Source: Octopus sinensis (lineage: Eukaryota). Taken from it: a DNA stretch of 40,465 nucleotides. Position 1 is the first letter of the stretch; each line of letters begins with the position of its first letter. The DNA is taken from the NCBI RefSeq assembly GCF_006345805.1, contig NW_021835430.1:1-40465 (forward strand), written 5' to 3'. The notes under the pieces were generated by a model. That model did no database searches, was not told the DNA's origin, and was given only the letters and a program-made list of their open reading frames with translations. A program made the position numbers and the translations under genes. Positions 26,642 to 39,879 of this stretch are shown here, piece by piece.

Positions 26642-27220
26642 AACAAAAACGAACATTTTCGCCATATTTTGCTTATTTATTTCCGTAAAAGCAAGAAAGC
26701 TGTTGAGGCCCACTAAGACATAGGTGAAGTTTATGGGCATCTAGAAAAGGTCATACAGTCACTTTGGTGGAATAACTAAGGTGTTGTGTATTTTGAGCTG
26801 CTTCCTAGGAACGAATCGATCGATCAATTCAGATACTTACTGTCAACAACTAATAAAACTGGGGGAAGCAATAAAAGTGAAGCTACCGGAATTGGCAAAT
26901 CGTAAAGAAGTCGTTTTCCACCGCGACAATGCTAGACACCACACGTCTTTGCTAACACGTGAAAAATTATTGGAGCTAGATCGGAAAGTGATGTCATATC
27001 CACCATATAGCCCTGACCTTGCACCGTCAGATTACCATTTATTTGAAGTTTCCAAAATTATTTGCATGATAAATCTTTCAATAATGATGACGAACTGAAA
27101 TCGCACCTGCTACAGTTTTTGGGTGATAAGCACCTAAAGTTCTATGGATGCAGAATCAGGAATTTGCCAGAATGATGGCTTAAGGTTATCGAACAAAATG
27201 GAAAATATATAATTGATTAA
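26642..27220 (+). pseudogene. Mariner (DD34D) transposase remnant, internally deleted
   Basis: N-terminus EHFRHILLIYFRK..EVYG joined directly to (H)LEKVIQSLWW..VVYFELLP; HRDNA...YSPDLAPSDYHLF with 34 residues between the Asp residues; C-terminus VIEQNGKYIID*; stops and frameshifts present. Confidence 0.92.
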
Positions 27221-27679
27221 AATTCATTCTTTGTATAAAAATATAATATACACCTTCCTTTCTGTCTAGAAGCGTCAAAGACTTCCTATTTTTCCCGCTT
27301 GTGAAAATATTACGTCTACTTCCGCTTTGTACATTGATTGTCATACACTGATATTGATAAATAAATTTCGGAGACATTAAAATAAACATACATATATTGA
27401 TATTACATATTATCTATATATGTATATCACTTCGTTTTGGACAGCCTTGGGGCATTATAGTCTTTCTTGATTTCACTTAAATTTTGTTGATGGAACCAAA
27501 ACTTATACCAATAGGTATCTGCCCAATGTGCAGCAAAGTGCCGGCTAAACTGGAATCTGGAAACTACATCATTTCTATGCATAGCTAGAACACACATTCG
27601 TATCTATGTATAACACACTCACAGATTTGCCACATATAATTATAGACACAAATGTTTACGAAGATATATATATATATAT

Positions 27680-27711
<32 letters not shown>

Positions 27712-27712
27712 T

Positions 27713-28150
27713 ACTAGAAGGTTTGGAGATGATGTACATGTATTTTATATTGGAAGAAATGAGGTACTCAGAAATTCGGATGGTTTTATATTTACAGATA
27801 TTTATTTGTATATTATATGTTTTTATACATCATATATTAGCGCTTTCATCCATTCTAGTGGAGTTTTCTTGTGGAAAAAGTTGACCATTCTTATAGTGTT
27901 ATTGAGTGTAGTGGTGGGGAGATATATAAGATAGTACAAGAGGGTGATGAATGGGGAGAAAGTGAGAGAGAGTGTGTGTGTGTTTGTATCTGAAATTGGT
28001 GTTAAAGAAAAAGAAGGAAAGGGAGAAAAAGGAGAGAAAGAAGAAAAATTGTTTTGTTGGTCTCTTTTGCAGCTGGTCAGAATATTTACTCCAAGAGGGA
28101 TAAAGTGTCATTTTTCAAAATTTGTCTGAATTTCTTTTTTATCATTGTCT

Positions 28151-28205
<55 letters not shown>

Positions 28206-28560
28206 TGTGTCTGTGTTTGTATCTGAAAGAGGTATTAAAGAAAAAGAAGGAAAAGAGGAAGAAGGGTAGAAATTTTGTTTATAGTAGTTTGTCAAAAAAT
28301 AATTCTTGGCTTACAGTGATTGTACTTCCAGCTGTTTGTATTTCCTTTTTATCATTGTCTTGTGTGTGTGTGTGTGTGTTTGTGCTTTTGTATCTGAAAT
28401 AGGGAGTTAAGGAGGAATGGTGAAGTTATTAAAAATAACCAGTCATTGGCTTTTAGCCATGGTCAAGCAAGCTAGGGGCCAAAATGTCACATTGTCTTGT
28501 GAGAGAGTGTGCGTGGGTGTTTGCATATCTGAAAAGAGTGTTAAAAGAAGAAATAATTGT
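27713..28560 (-). mobile_element. Second copy of the 26100-26455 repeat family with internal sub-repeats
   Basis: Homology as above; module TTTG(T/C)ATCTGAAA..TTAA recurs near 27983, 28216, 28387 and 28520; abuts (TA)n at 27712. Confidence 0.55.
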
Positions 28561-28783
28561 GTTGATATTTATACCACTATTCAGTTCTTTCAATCCAATG
28601 TTTGATTCCTGTGCTTACATGGGTTGGAGAATCTGGATTAGAGATTGTTTTATTTATGTATATGTACATATGTGTAGAACTGTGTGTGTGTGCGTTTAAT
28701 ACAATTTACTTTACAAATTTGATCGTTCATCTAGTACAACTTATGATAGAAATATTTTCAGCCATTCAATTTTGGGGAGAACT

Positions 28784-28816
<33 letters not shown>

Positions 28817-28819
28817 TAT

Positions 28820-29652
28820 ATAGCGAAACAATTGTCCCAAAATAATCTGTATTTTTGTTATTTTTTATTTGCCCTGTTCGTGTGAGCTAATAATCGTACT
28901 GACTTTCATAGGAAACATGTATTTTTGTGGTTGAAACCTTTTGGATTTTCTAGTGCTAGAATGAGCCACATAGTGACCATTCTCTTATATTTATTTTTGT
29001 ATAAATATTATAATATATTATAAAATATTATAATAATCCAGGTTTCTCGAGGCACTGGGCCACTTGGTGTTGAATAGATATGCTATTAAATTAGTATCTA
29101 ATTCTCTCACCCTTATTAATTAATTATAATTATGCTGCATTTATTTCTAAATGTAGTATTTGTTTCCGTGAAAGTTTGGCGCGCTGTTGGTAAGGGCATT
29201 TGAATTATAACGTCGATGTAATCAATTGAACCACACGTGTATTTATCGTTATGGTAAATCTGGCGTGTGATTGAGTGGATTTCATCCAGATAGTTTTGGC
29301 TGAGGAGCTACAAGTGGGTTTTTTGTAAGTAAAATTACATTTAATTCATTAATAGCGAAACAAATGTCCCAAAATAATCTGTATTTTTGTTATTTTTTAT
29401 TTGCCCTGTTCGTGTGAGCTAATAATCGTACTGACTTTCATAGGAAACATGTATTTTTGTGGTTGAAACCTTTTGGATTTTCTAGTGCTAGAATGAGCCA
29501 CATAGTGACCATTCTCTTATATTTATTTTTGTATAAAATATTATAATATATTATAAAATATTATAATAATCCAGGTTTCTCGAGGCACTGAGCCACTTGG
29601 TGTTGAATAGATATGCTATTAAATTAGTATCTAATTCTCTCACCCTTATTAA

Positions 29653-29661
<9 letters not shown>
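28820..29661 (+). mobile_element. Tandem repeat, period 532 bp (~1.6 units), hammerhead-bearing; PLE pseudo-LTR or retrozyme-like
   Basis: Near-identical direct repeats 28820-29128 and 29352-29661; (TA)n on both flanks; no ORF. Confidence 0.8.
29294..29374 (+). ncRNA. Type I hammerhead ribozyme
   Basis: UUUUGG-CUGAGGA-GCUA-(42 nt)-UAGC-GAAA-CAAAUG-UC/CCAAAA; GUC triplet, cut after 29368. The upstream half-copy has the palindromic form GAAACAAUUGUC (28825-28836). Confidence 0.8.
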
Positions 29662-29721
<60 letters not shown>

Positions 29722-29819
29722 AATATATATATATACATATATATATATACATATATATATATATCTCTCTCTCTATATATATATATATATAAATATACAA
29801 CATATATGTGTATATCTAA

Positions 29820-29854
<35 letters not shown>

Positions 29855-30309
29855 ATAGATAGATGATACATATATATATATATACATATATGAATATACG
29901 TGTGTCGGTGTGTGTGCAGGTATATTAAGTATATACATATATATTTATATAAGTCTTCGTGCGTATACACAAACACATATATATGCACCTGTGTGCTTTT
30001 CATAGAAATATATGCACAAGCAGTATGCACATGTGTCTACTGTTTATCTGCGCTATTGCTTGGTAGTATTATACCTATGCATGTCACTCAGTATTGACTA
30101 TATCATACTTTGAATTTCATAAACCGACATCACATATAACAAACAATAATAAATCTTCATACACACACACATACATATATACATAATACATACATCATAC
30201 ATACATACATACATACATACATACATACATAGGCACACAAGATAGAACGCACAAAAATTCTAACGCGTACGTATATGCACATACATTTATACTATGAGAG
30301 CAGTTATTA

Positions 30310-30335
30310 CAATAATAGCAACAGTAATAATAATA

Positions 30336-30408
<73 letters not shown>

Positions 30409-30410
30409 TC

Positions 30411-30472
<62 letters not shown>

Positions 30473-30532
30473 GTAATAATGATAATAATAATAATAATGA
30501 TAATGATGATGATAATTGGTAGTAGTAGTAGT
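30310..30532. repeat. (AAT)n microsatellite with no insertion
   Basis: Directly visible. Confidence 0.95.
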
Positions 30533-31042
30533 ATTTTGCACATCATGACATCACAGAAGTGTAAAGTGATTGTAAATGTTTCCTTAAATAAAATCGAAAA
30601 AAAAGCACTTTTTGTTTGCTTTTTTCAGTCACAAACCTATAAATGTTTCATTGAAGCTTCCGAAACTGTTTACCAATACTTTGTATACGCCTCATAGTTT
30701 GTCGTCTTCTAATTAAAAAAATAAAAATGAACTAATAGACTTTGTATACTTTTCAAGGCATCAAAACAATTTTGATATTTTCAGTTCATCAACAATAAAT
30801 TGATTTTTACGTAACTGCAATAATACACTATATCATTCGATATATAGTTCAGACCAATACCTGTAGGTTTTCAATTCCTAGCTCAGGAAAAGTATATTTG
30901 GTAATATAATTAAATAAGTGAGTAAATCTGCACTAGATATTCCTGCCTACCGGGAACATCTAGGACAGAGAACACAAACGTACCCAAATGATCATCGAAC
31001 TGTTTTGAAATAATTATAATAGATATTTGAGGTGAAGATATA

Positions 31043-31894
31043 CAGGGTGGGGTAGAGAGGACGGCGGGTGTTTTTAAAAAATTCACATAATCATTAATTT
31101 GAGCTGCAAAGAAATTTTATTGACATCAATGTGTTCGTATTGAATTGGCATTTGTCAAAAGTAAGCGTGGCAAACAACATCCATCATGTGGCGTCTGGTT
31201 TCATTGATGCATTTTTAAAGGCGTTCTTGGAAGTTGACCTCCACTCTCCGCAGTATTGCTCTGTCGATCTGGGCGACTTCCACGCGATTAGCTTCCTTCA
31301 GATCGTCCAGTGTCCGGGGGCTTATATGCATGCACATGTGCTTTGAGGTTTCCCCACAAGAATTAATCACCCATGGACAAATCAGGAGATCGAAAAGCAT
31401 CGTGGAATGTCAGCAAACCTGGAAATGAGGTGGTCACCGAAGAAAGGGTGAAGTACGTGTGTTGATGCTCTGGTTGTGTGGACCGGGTAGAAATGCAAGT
31501 CTTCATGCAAAATACACCTTACTAATCGATTACCGATGCAACGTCTGTTGCTTGTCTGACGCGTTCCACATTTTCCGGGGTCCGTACCGTTCTTGGCGCC
31601 TCCACCAGTCTCCTATTCCTTAGTGTACCTCGTGTACGAAGTGCATTCACCCAACGTAAAATTGTGTTACGAGTAGAAACATCCTGATTTCGGTGAACTG
31701 CTGTGTTAGACTCGTTATTCTTCGCGTAACTGTTGTAGGCAAACACGCGGTGCTCTAAGGCCCACAGCGCCATGGCTTCACCTGAAAAGTAAAACAAATT
31801 CTAAGACACCTCGGCTCGAATGGTAGCTGTCGGACATGTGTCCCTTCCCCTGGGCTAAGTAATAACCATTTTAAAAACGTCCGTCTCCTCAACC
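31043..31894 (-). mobile_element. Tc1/mariner-superfamily DNA transposon (DUF4817-type N-terminal HTH), internally deleted; coding remnant ~31773-31155
   Basis: TA|CAGGGTG end and imperfect TIRs (31043-31079 and 31869-31894); N-terminus MALWALEHRVFAY..RNTILRWV..RTVRTPENVERVRQA; C-terminus PRTLDDLKEA..NFQERL*KCINE..H. Confidence 0.8.
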
Positions 31895-32344
31895 AATACC
31901 AAGAAATGCATATAAAGTTGATGTTATATTGTGTACTGTAATCTCAAACAAACAAAATTTCAAAAAATGAAATAATACCGAGAGTGTATAATATGTGAGA
32001 TAGTTCTTCGTTGCAAAGTTTATGTTATTCTAATCCTATTTGCTTCAGCCATTGGACTGAGGCTATGTAGGGTCAAACTTAACCTTAAAGTGATTTTGTC
32101 GATCGAACGGACCATGCTCAATTTTTTTAATTTCCTATTTATCAAAACTCTTTGTTTTGCCGACCGAGTATATACCATGTGGTGGAAAAGTGCTAGCACC
32201 GGACGCGAAGCGTTTAGGTGACAGAGATATGCTCATACACACACACACACACGTGTACATAGAGATATGCATTTTATGTATATATATATAAGTATATATG
32301 TATATATATGTGTATATATATGTGTGTGTGTGTGCGTGCCTTAT

Positions 32345-32502
32345 GTGCGGTAAGAAGCTTGCTTTCCAGTCACATGGTTACGGTTAAGTCCCACTGCATG
32401 GCACCTTGGGTATGTGTCTTCTAAAATAGCCTCTGGCCGACTAAAGCCTTTTGAGTGGATTCGGTAGACGGAAACTGACAGAAGCATATATGTGTATGTA
32501 TG

Positions 32503-32536
<34 letters not shown>

Positions 32537-32768
32537 TGTATGTATATTTATGTGTGTTCGTCTTTGTGTCTGTATTTGTCTCCACATCACCTCTTGCAAA
32601 CAGGTGTTGTTGTCTTTACGTCCACATAGCTTAGAAGTTCAGCAAAATTGGCTGATAGAATAAGTACTGCGTTTAAAAATGTAAGTCCTGCGGTTGTCCA
32701 ACTAAAAGCCTTAAGGCATTACTGCAACATGGCCACAGTCAAATTACTGAAGCAAATAAAAGTATAAA
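32345..32768 (+). mobile_element. SINE family S1, diverged full-length copy with internal (TATG)n
   Basis: AGTCCCACTGC..GTAGACGGAAACTGA..GATAGAATAAGTACT..CATGGCCACAGTCAAAT align with S1. Confidence 0.8.
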
Positions 32769-32928
32769 GGAATATGTGAGTGTGTTTGTGCGCGTGTGGG
32801 CGTGTGTGTGTGGGTCTGCGTGTGTGTGTGTGTGTGCGTGCGTATGCGTTTTAGTTGCTTTATGCTGAATAGGAATATACGGTGGCACTTGAAATTTTAT
32901 GATGGTTGTTTTTGTTTATAACAATACT

Positions 32929-33316
32929 GTGGAGGCGCAATGGCCCAGTGTTTAGGGCAGCGGACTCGCGGTCATAGGGTCGCGGTTTCGATTCCCAGAC
33001 CGGGCGTTGTGAGTCTTTATAGAGCGAAAACACCTAAAAAGCTCACGAGGCTCCGGCAGGGATGGTGGAGATCCCTGCTGTACTCTTTCACCACAACTTT
33101 CTCTCTCTCTTACTTCCTGTTTCTGTTGTACCTGTATTTCAAAGGGCCGGCCTTGTCACTCTCTGTGTCACGCTGAATATCCCCGAGAAATACGTTAAGG
33201 GTACACGTGTCTGTGGAATGCTCAGCCACTTACACGTTAATTTCACGAGCAGGCTGTTCCGTTGATTCGGATCAACCGGAACCCTCGTCATCGTAACCGA
33301 CGGAGTGCTTCCATCC
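32929..33316 (+). mobile_element. tRNA-derived SINE (head H2 plus tail T1) with 11-bp TSD
   Basis: Head near-identical to 21662-21823; TSD ATAACAATACT at 32918-32928 and 33317-33327. Confidence 0.9.
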
Positions 33317-33836
33317 ATAACAATACTATTACGATGACATTTAGAGTAAGAATTGCTCCTTTAAATATGGCAGCGTAGTATAAAATTGTTTTATCGTGGC
33401 TGGATTGCATCTTTAGCGATACAATATTGCTGCATATTTTGTACGATTATGACTCTTCTAAGATTCAGAAAGCCTCATTTATAACTTTTATTACGGAACA
33501 GCAACTCGGCGTGACACATGACATAGCAAAAAGAGACAAAAGTCTCGAGGGAATTATTTTCAATGAATACATGGAAGTTATCGGTTTCTCGTAATTTTAA
33601 AACATTACACCAAAAGAGACTTCACTCGTCAAGCTTCCAAGACAGTCTTCCTCCTCTGCTAATTGCTTCTGATAGAATCCTCAGGAGAGCAGAAACAGTG
33701 AAAGAATCTGCTCTGAGATAACGCTGACCAGGATTTCAAAGATCCGAGTTATTTATGAGGATTTGGAACAAATATGGAAATTAATACTCAGACAATTCTA
33801 CATATTTACATAAAACATAAAGGCTCGCATGTACAC

Positions 33837-34127
<291 letters not shown>

Positions 34128-34671
34128 TACACACACGCACCCAAGCGTATAATCGCACACGCAGGCACCCCCTCCCCTCACATACATATATGTTTCTTGA
34201 CTATCCCGGAAGATTAGAAAGTGGAATATTTACACTAACTATGAAATCATAAGATTTGCGTCTGCATCTCTTTTTAACAGGCGACTTCCAAGTTACATTC
34301 CCTCGCTGTCCGTACTCTGTACATTTATTTTCGTAGTTTTGACTTTAAGAGTCCCTCATAGCGTGAGACATTTACGCGTAGAAATACACTTAATATAATA
34401 AATATATACACATTCATATATTTTTTTGTGTACGGATAACTTTGACATCGATCAATCAATATGAATGTATGTAGGTAATTACATTTATGTATATATGTAA
34501 CTCCCTCAACTCTCTGTTACTCTGAATATATAGATACACAGATACACAAACAGAGACACGCATACGCACACACATATATATATACATGTTTATAAATAAA
34601 TATTTTATGATTTTATTCATGTGTGTACATACGTATGCATGTAGGTATCCATATATATGTATGTATGTATG

Positions 34672-34740
<69 letters not shown>

Positions 34741-34762
34741 CATATTAATAATAAAAATAATA

Positions 34763-34811
<49 letters not shown>

Positions 34812-34821
34812 TAATAATAAT

Positions 34822-35107
34822 AGGTAATAGAATGTGGAATCTGAAAACAGAAACAATTCCTTCATAGTAGGTGCATTAGGCATGATAAAAAAAATATTCA
34901 GACAAATACATAACAAAAACACCAGGACTTACAAACACATATAACATACAGAAAATTGCACTACTAGGCTCTGCACACATCCTACGCAGAACACTTTCCA
35001 TACAATAACCATCAGAGCATCACAACAAATCACAGCACATACCCAAGGCACACAGAGCTGCGCTCGGTAGTGAAGTGAAAGCACGCTGTAAAAATAAAAC
35101 TACTGAA
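34822..35107 (+). mobile_element. R4/Dong subfamily B 3' tip
   Basis: Near-identical to 18307-18593; (AAT)n flanks; ends TACTG|AATAAT. Confidence 0.93.
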
Positions 35108-35563
35108 TAATAATAATAATAATAATAATAAGAGCACTTAGCGCACACCTCCGCCAAAGCAGCAACTCTCAATGATTAGCTGCATATGATTTTTAAAACT
35201 CGACTGGTCTCACAAGTGAGAATACTAAAAATGAACTCGAGCGCTCTGAAAAATTAAGCAAAATAAACGGAAAAGTAATACAGAATTCTTGTCCAATGGA
35301 GTAAAGGAATGTGATCCCAATGGAGTCATGGAATGTGAAGGTGGACGTGTAGGTGGTGTTTGTAATGCTGTGTGTGTGTCGTATGCAGTGAGAACAGGGG
35401 CAGTTTTCTTTATGGTGGCTTTTTTAGTCTATCCACTGTCTTTGCGACCTAAAAGTTCTGCAGTAGAATATTCATTTCTTTGCGTGAAAGAAAACGGAAA
35501 GGACCTCTATACGGCGCTGTTGCGCAAAAGAAATGTGAGTCCAAGAAGTAAAGCTTCCTCCAG

Positions 35564-35669
35564 GCAGGATCCACTATTGTCATATGTTGTGGTGTGCGCT
35601 ATTGCTCCATTCTAGTTTTCTATTCAGGCAATAGCGCACACCACAACATATGAAAATAGTGGATCCTGC
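35564..35669. repeat. 42-bp inverted repeat with 22-nt spacer
   Basis: Arms 35564-35605 and 35628-35669, one mismatch. Confidence 0.95.
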
Positions 35670-36357
35670 AAACATAATAAATACACAGGTAATTAAAGAA
35701 ATAGAAATGAATATCTATATATATGTATATGTGTATATATATGTATATGTATATGTGTATTATGTGTGTGTATATCTACATATATATATGTATATGTATG
35801 TGTATGTATATATATATGTATATGTATATTCCTTTTTTTTTTTTTTTTTTTCGATTAGATTTATTATTATTATTACTAATATTGTTGTTATACATACATA
35901 CAAGCATATGTAATGATAATAATGGGTGGATGTAAACACATGAACAAAATTAGAACAAAAGCAACAACAAACAAACAACAAAAAAAAATACAAATTACAA
36001 GAATGTATATAACCAGAAGATACAAATATTACAGGCATCCCCCCCCCACACACACTAATAAACATAGACGCACATAGAGATATAAACATGCGCAAATGAA
36101 GACATACAATAGAAATATAAAATGGCTGACGGTTAGTAAGGAGAGACACAAGTAAGTGAGAAGAAAACAAAGGACACTGATGCGGTCACAGGAGTGTGAC
36201 GAAAGAACTTTGGCCGAAATAAGATTAAGATTAATGTAAAAAATAAATATCACTGAAGCAAAATAACACCAAATATATAGTGCGTGTTTTTATTGGCTAA
36301 ACTGGCATATGACCATTCCGAAATATAACAATATATATATATAGATATATATATTCG

Positions 36358-36390
<33 letters not shown>

Positions 36391-36406
36391 TATATAATAT
36401 ATATAT

Positions 36407-36453
<47 letters not shown>

Positions 36454-36579
36454 ATATGCGTGTAAATACATGCACATGTATCAATGTGTATCTCTATCTA
36501 TATATATATTATATATATATATATATCTCATGTCTACATATATGTGTGTTTGTTGATTTTTTATGTATATGTGTGTATA

Positions 36580-36630
<51 letters not shown>

Positions 36631-37082
36631 TATATATATACACGCACACACATATACACCGTATACATATATACAACACATATTAAAATTACTTGCATAA
36701 AGAGAGATACATATGCACAGGTACATGCATTAAGCTTGTATATCGATTTTCTTCACAGGTTAATATCAGCAAATATGGCGTATTAATAACACTCGCTACC
36801 GCTGTCAACGGGAATGTGAGGGAGAGATATTGGTTTTCTCTGCTGCAAGTCTTTTGCAATGTCAGTGATTACGGTGCGATGTCTTGTAAACGTTATTAAA
36901 ATCCGTCGTTTCAACGTTCGAGCACATACATGCGGGCAAACATAAATACGTACGTCCATAGATACGTATATATACATACATACTCACATACATGCATATA
37001 TATGTGTGTGTCTGTGTGTGAGTGTATGTGTGTGAGTGTATGTATGTCCACATATCTATGTGTATTTAGAAACATTTGTGTT

Positions 37083-37119
<37 letters not shown>

Positions 37120-38041
37120 AGAGAGAGAGGAAGAGAAAGAGAGAAAGATTGAGAGACAGAGACAGAGGGAACGATACTCGCACATGCGCGCGCACACACG
37201 CACACATAGATATGTATCCATGAGGTATAAATTTATGATGTTTAAAGACATATCGTTAGTAGTGGATGTTGAGGTATCGATGTTGCACGAGCAACTTGAC
37301 CGTGTGTGAAACTATTACGATTCCTAACATTATACCATTACACGCTTAAATTCGGATGCCATTGATTATAAAAGTAAATATCTTAATACGTATTAAAATT
37401 CTTTTCTATACTTCAAATTATCATAATAATTATTCTTATTTTTCGCTACACATATAGGAATACTAGCAACCCATCCTGAGCCTAGTGTGTGCAGGTCAAC
37501 AAAATAGTTGATTCCACACACATGTTGATTCGAAGAAGGTTAACATGTCTGAATCCGTGTTCACTTTCAGAGCAGGTTTCAGGGCTCTGATTTCACAGTG
37601 GTCGCTAGAATACAATATTTTCCTCTTTATTTACCCAGTGACTATTGCGAAAGAAATACTGTAGATGCTGCCTAAATGACTGTCAAAGAAACGTTCGTTT
37701 TTGGTGAAGTCCGCATCGACTTTTACAAGATCAGCATAGAGTGGAAATGGATGTTTAAGAGGGAAGTGTTATTTTCCAGCCAATTAATTCGTGGATACGT
37801 AGGTGAGAGTAGCAATAATACTCCTTGTGAGTACACTAACTCTCGGTGTAGCCTGTAAAGAAGCAATCTAAAATGGCATAGAGAAAGAGAGAGAAGAGAG
37901 AGTGAGTGCCATTGGTAACCATAATGCTCTTAGACCTTCGGGTTCCTTGAACTGCCCTCAGTTAAATCTTGTGTAGATTATTCTTTTAATGCTCATATCA
38001 AGCGGAATATTTGGGGCAATATAGAAATGGTCGCGTTATTA

Positions 38042-38350
38042 TTCAGTCACTGGACTACCGTATACTGTTGTCTGCGATTTTGGTATATGCTGTGCCATGT
38101 ATTTTGCATTTCATAATTTGTACAGTATGGAACTTCGCTCATTATAAAATAATGTGTGCCCCGCCTAACGCTGCTATTTCCTATGTTACGCAAATTTGTA
38201 AGATATGCGATTGTGCTTTTGTACTTATCTGCATAATTTTTCATCATTCCTAAATCACATGGTATTATGAGGATGGATTCTCTTTCGTGGCACCACATTC
38301 ACGTTATCTCTAATTCTATATTTTATATCCTTTTACTTACTTAATTTCTT
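38042..38350 (-). pseudogene. Old R4/Dong subfamily B-like 3' fragment
   Basis: MWCHERESILIIPCDLGMMKNYADKY..LTNLRNI matches MWNLKTETIPIIVGALGMIKKYSDKY..LTNTYNI; ends ACTG|AATAATAA like subfamily B. Confidence 0.75.
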
Positions 38351-38384
38351 CCACTCACCAAGTGATACATCATGTGATGGGATT

Positions 38385-38502
38385 CATCATCACCATCATC
38401 AGCAGCACCGTCGTTGTCACCACCACCATCATCATCATCATCATCTTCTTCTTCATCTTCTTCTTCATATTATTATTATTATTATTATTATTGTTATTAT
38501 TA

Positions 38503-38589
<87 letters not shown>

Positions 38590-38612
38590 ATAGTAGTAGT
38601 AGTAGTAGTAAT
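38385..38612. repeat. (ATC)/(TTC)/(TTA)/(TAG) microsatellite block
   Basis: Directly visible. Confidence 0.95.
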
Positions 38613-38936
38613 GATCGTTCGTAACTTAATATCATCAGTATAATTATGATATTTCAAGCGCAAACTTTCATATAAGACTGTGCAGGATTTTATTTATCAA
38701 GGGGTTAACAACGAATGAAAGTTAATATTTCATTAACCGAAAGTTTATAAACGTGTGTGCGAGTTGGGAGAGGTGCATGTAATGTGCGCATGCAATAATA
38801 ACATTTAAGGAATTTATGCCTCCCAGAAAATGTAACCACGTTACACCACTACACACACACACACATACACACACACACACACATACACACACATACAGAC
38901 ACACAGAGTCACATACACACAAGTTTGCATATAAGT

Positions 38937-39142
38937 ACTTGTTTACTTGTTTCAGTCATTTGACTGCGGCCATGCTGGAGCACCACCTTTAATGGAGCAA
39001 CTCGACCCCGGGACTTATTCTTTGTAAGCCTAGTACTTATTCTATCGGTCTCTTTTCCCGAACCGCTTAGTGACGGGGACATAAACACAATGCTAGGGGG
39101 ACAAACACAGACATACAAACATACACGCACGCACACACACAC

Positions 39143-39213
<71 letters not shown>

Positions 39214-39373
39214 TATATACGACGGGCTTCTTTCAGTTTCCGTCTACCAAATCCACTCACAAGGCTTTGGTCGGCCCGAGGCTATAGTAGAAGACACTTG
39301 CCCAAGGTGCCACGCACTGTGACTGAACCCGGAACCATGTGGTTGATAAGCAAGCTACTTACCACACAGCCAC
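38937..39373 (-). mobile_element. SINE family S1
   Basis: Very similar to 13985-14392. Confidence 0.9.
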
Positions 39374-39879
39374 AATCCACATCCTCACTAACACACGCAC
39401 TGATGGGCAAAACACACACACACGCACACCCGTACACACGCCCTTACACACACTCGTATACATACCTAAACGCATCGGTAGATATACAGTGACACAAATG
39501 CACACATACATACATCTCCTAGACTCTCGACTCCACGTCCATCTAATGCTCAATACTGCAATAGAATAGAGCTACTCAGCAGTTATCCACTCACATAAAT
39601 AGAGAGAGACGCATACATGTACGAACATTTCCTAGCACCACTCCCTAATATATAAATTACTGCGCTACACCAGCATCAGCATCTGCACACACAACCCAAA
39701 GCATATATATACACTTATATACTGCACACACAAAATGACTTACCTAAGAGAAAGAAATCTCTTGTCTGCCTTTGTTTTTACAATTTGGGAGAAATGGGGA
39801 CGAACCAAATTATTTTCCTTGGTCTATGCTTAGGTCTATTTTTATTATTTACATTTTTACTAGATAACAAGAGAACCCT

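Noticed and set aside
33650-33695. Minus-strand CUGAGGA with a small hairpin
   Set aside because: GCAA replaces GAAA, and there is no stem III or cleavage triplet.
35129-35295. Start of a possible Helentron-type non-autonomous repeat (AAGAGCAC..CCTCCGCCAA)
   Set aside because: Resemblance is from memory only; no second copy or matching terminal repeat in the window.
36748-36822. Possible 57-nt exon (TTCACAG..GTGAGG)
   Set aside because: Isolated, no recognisable peptide, and a chance match is likely.
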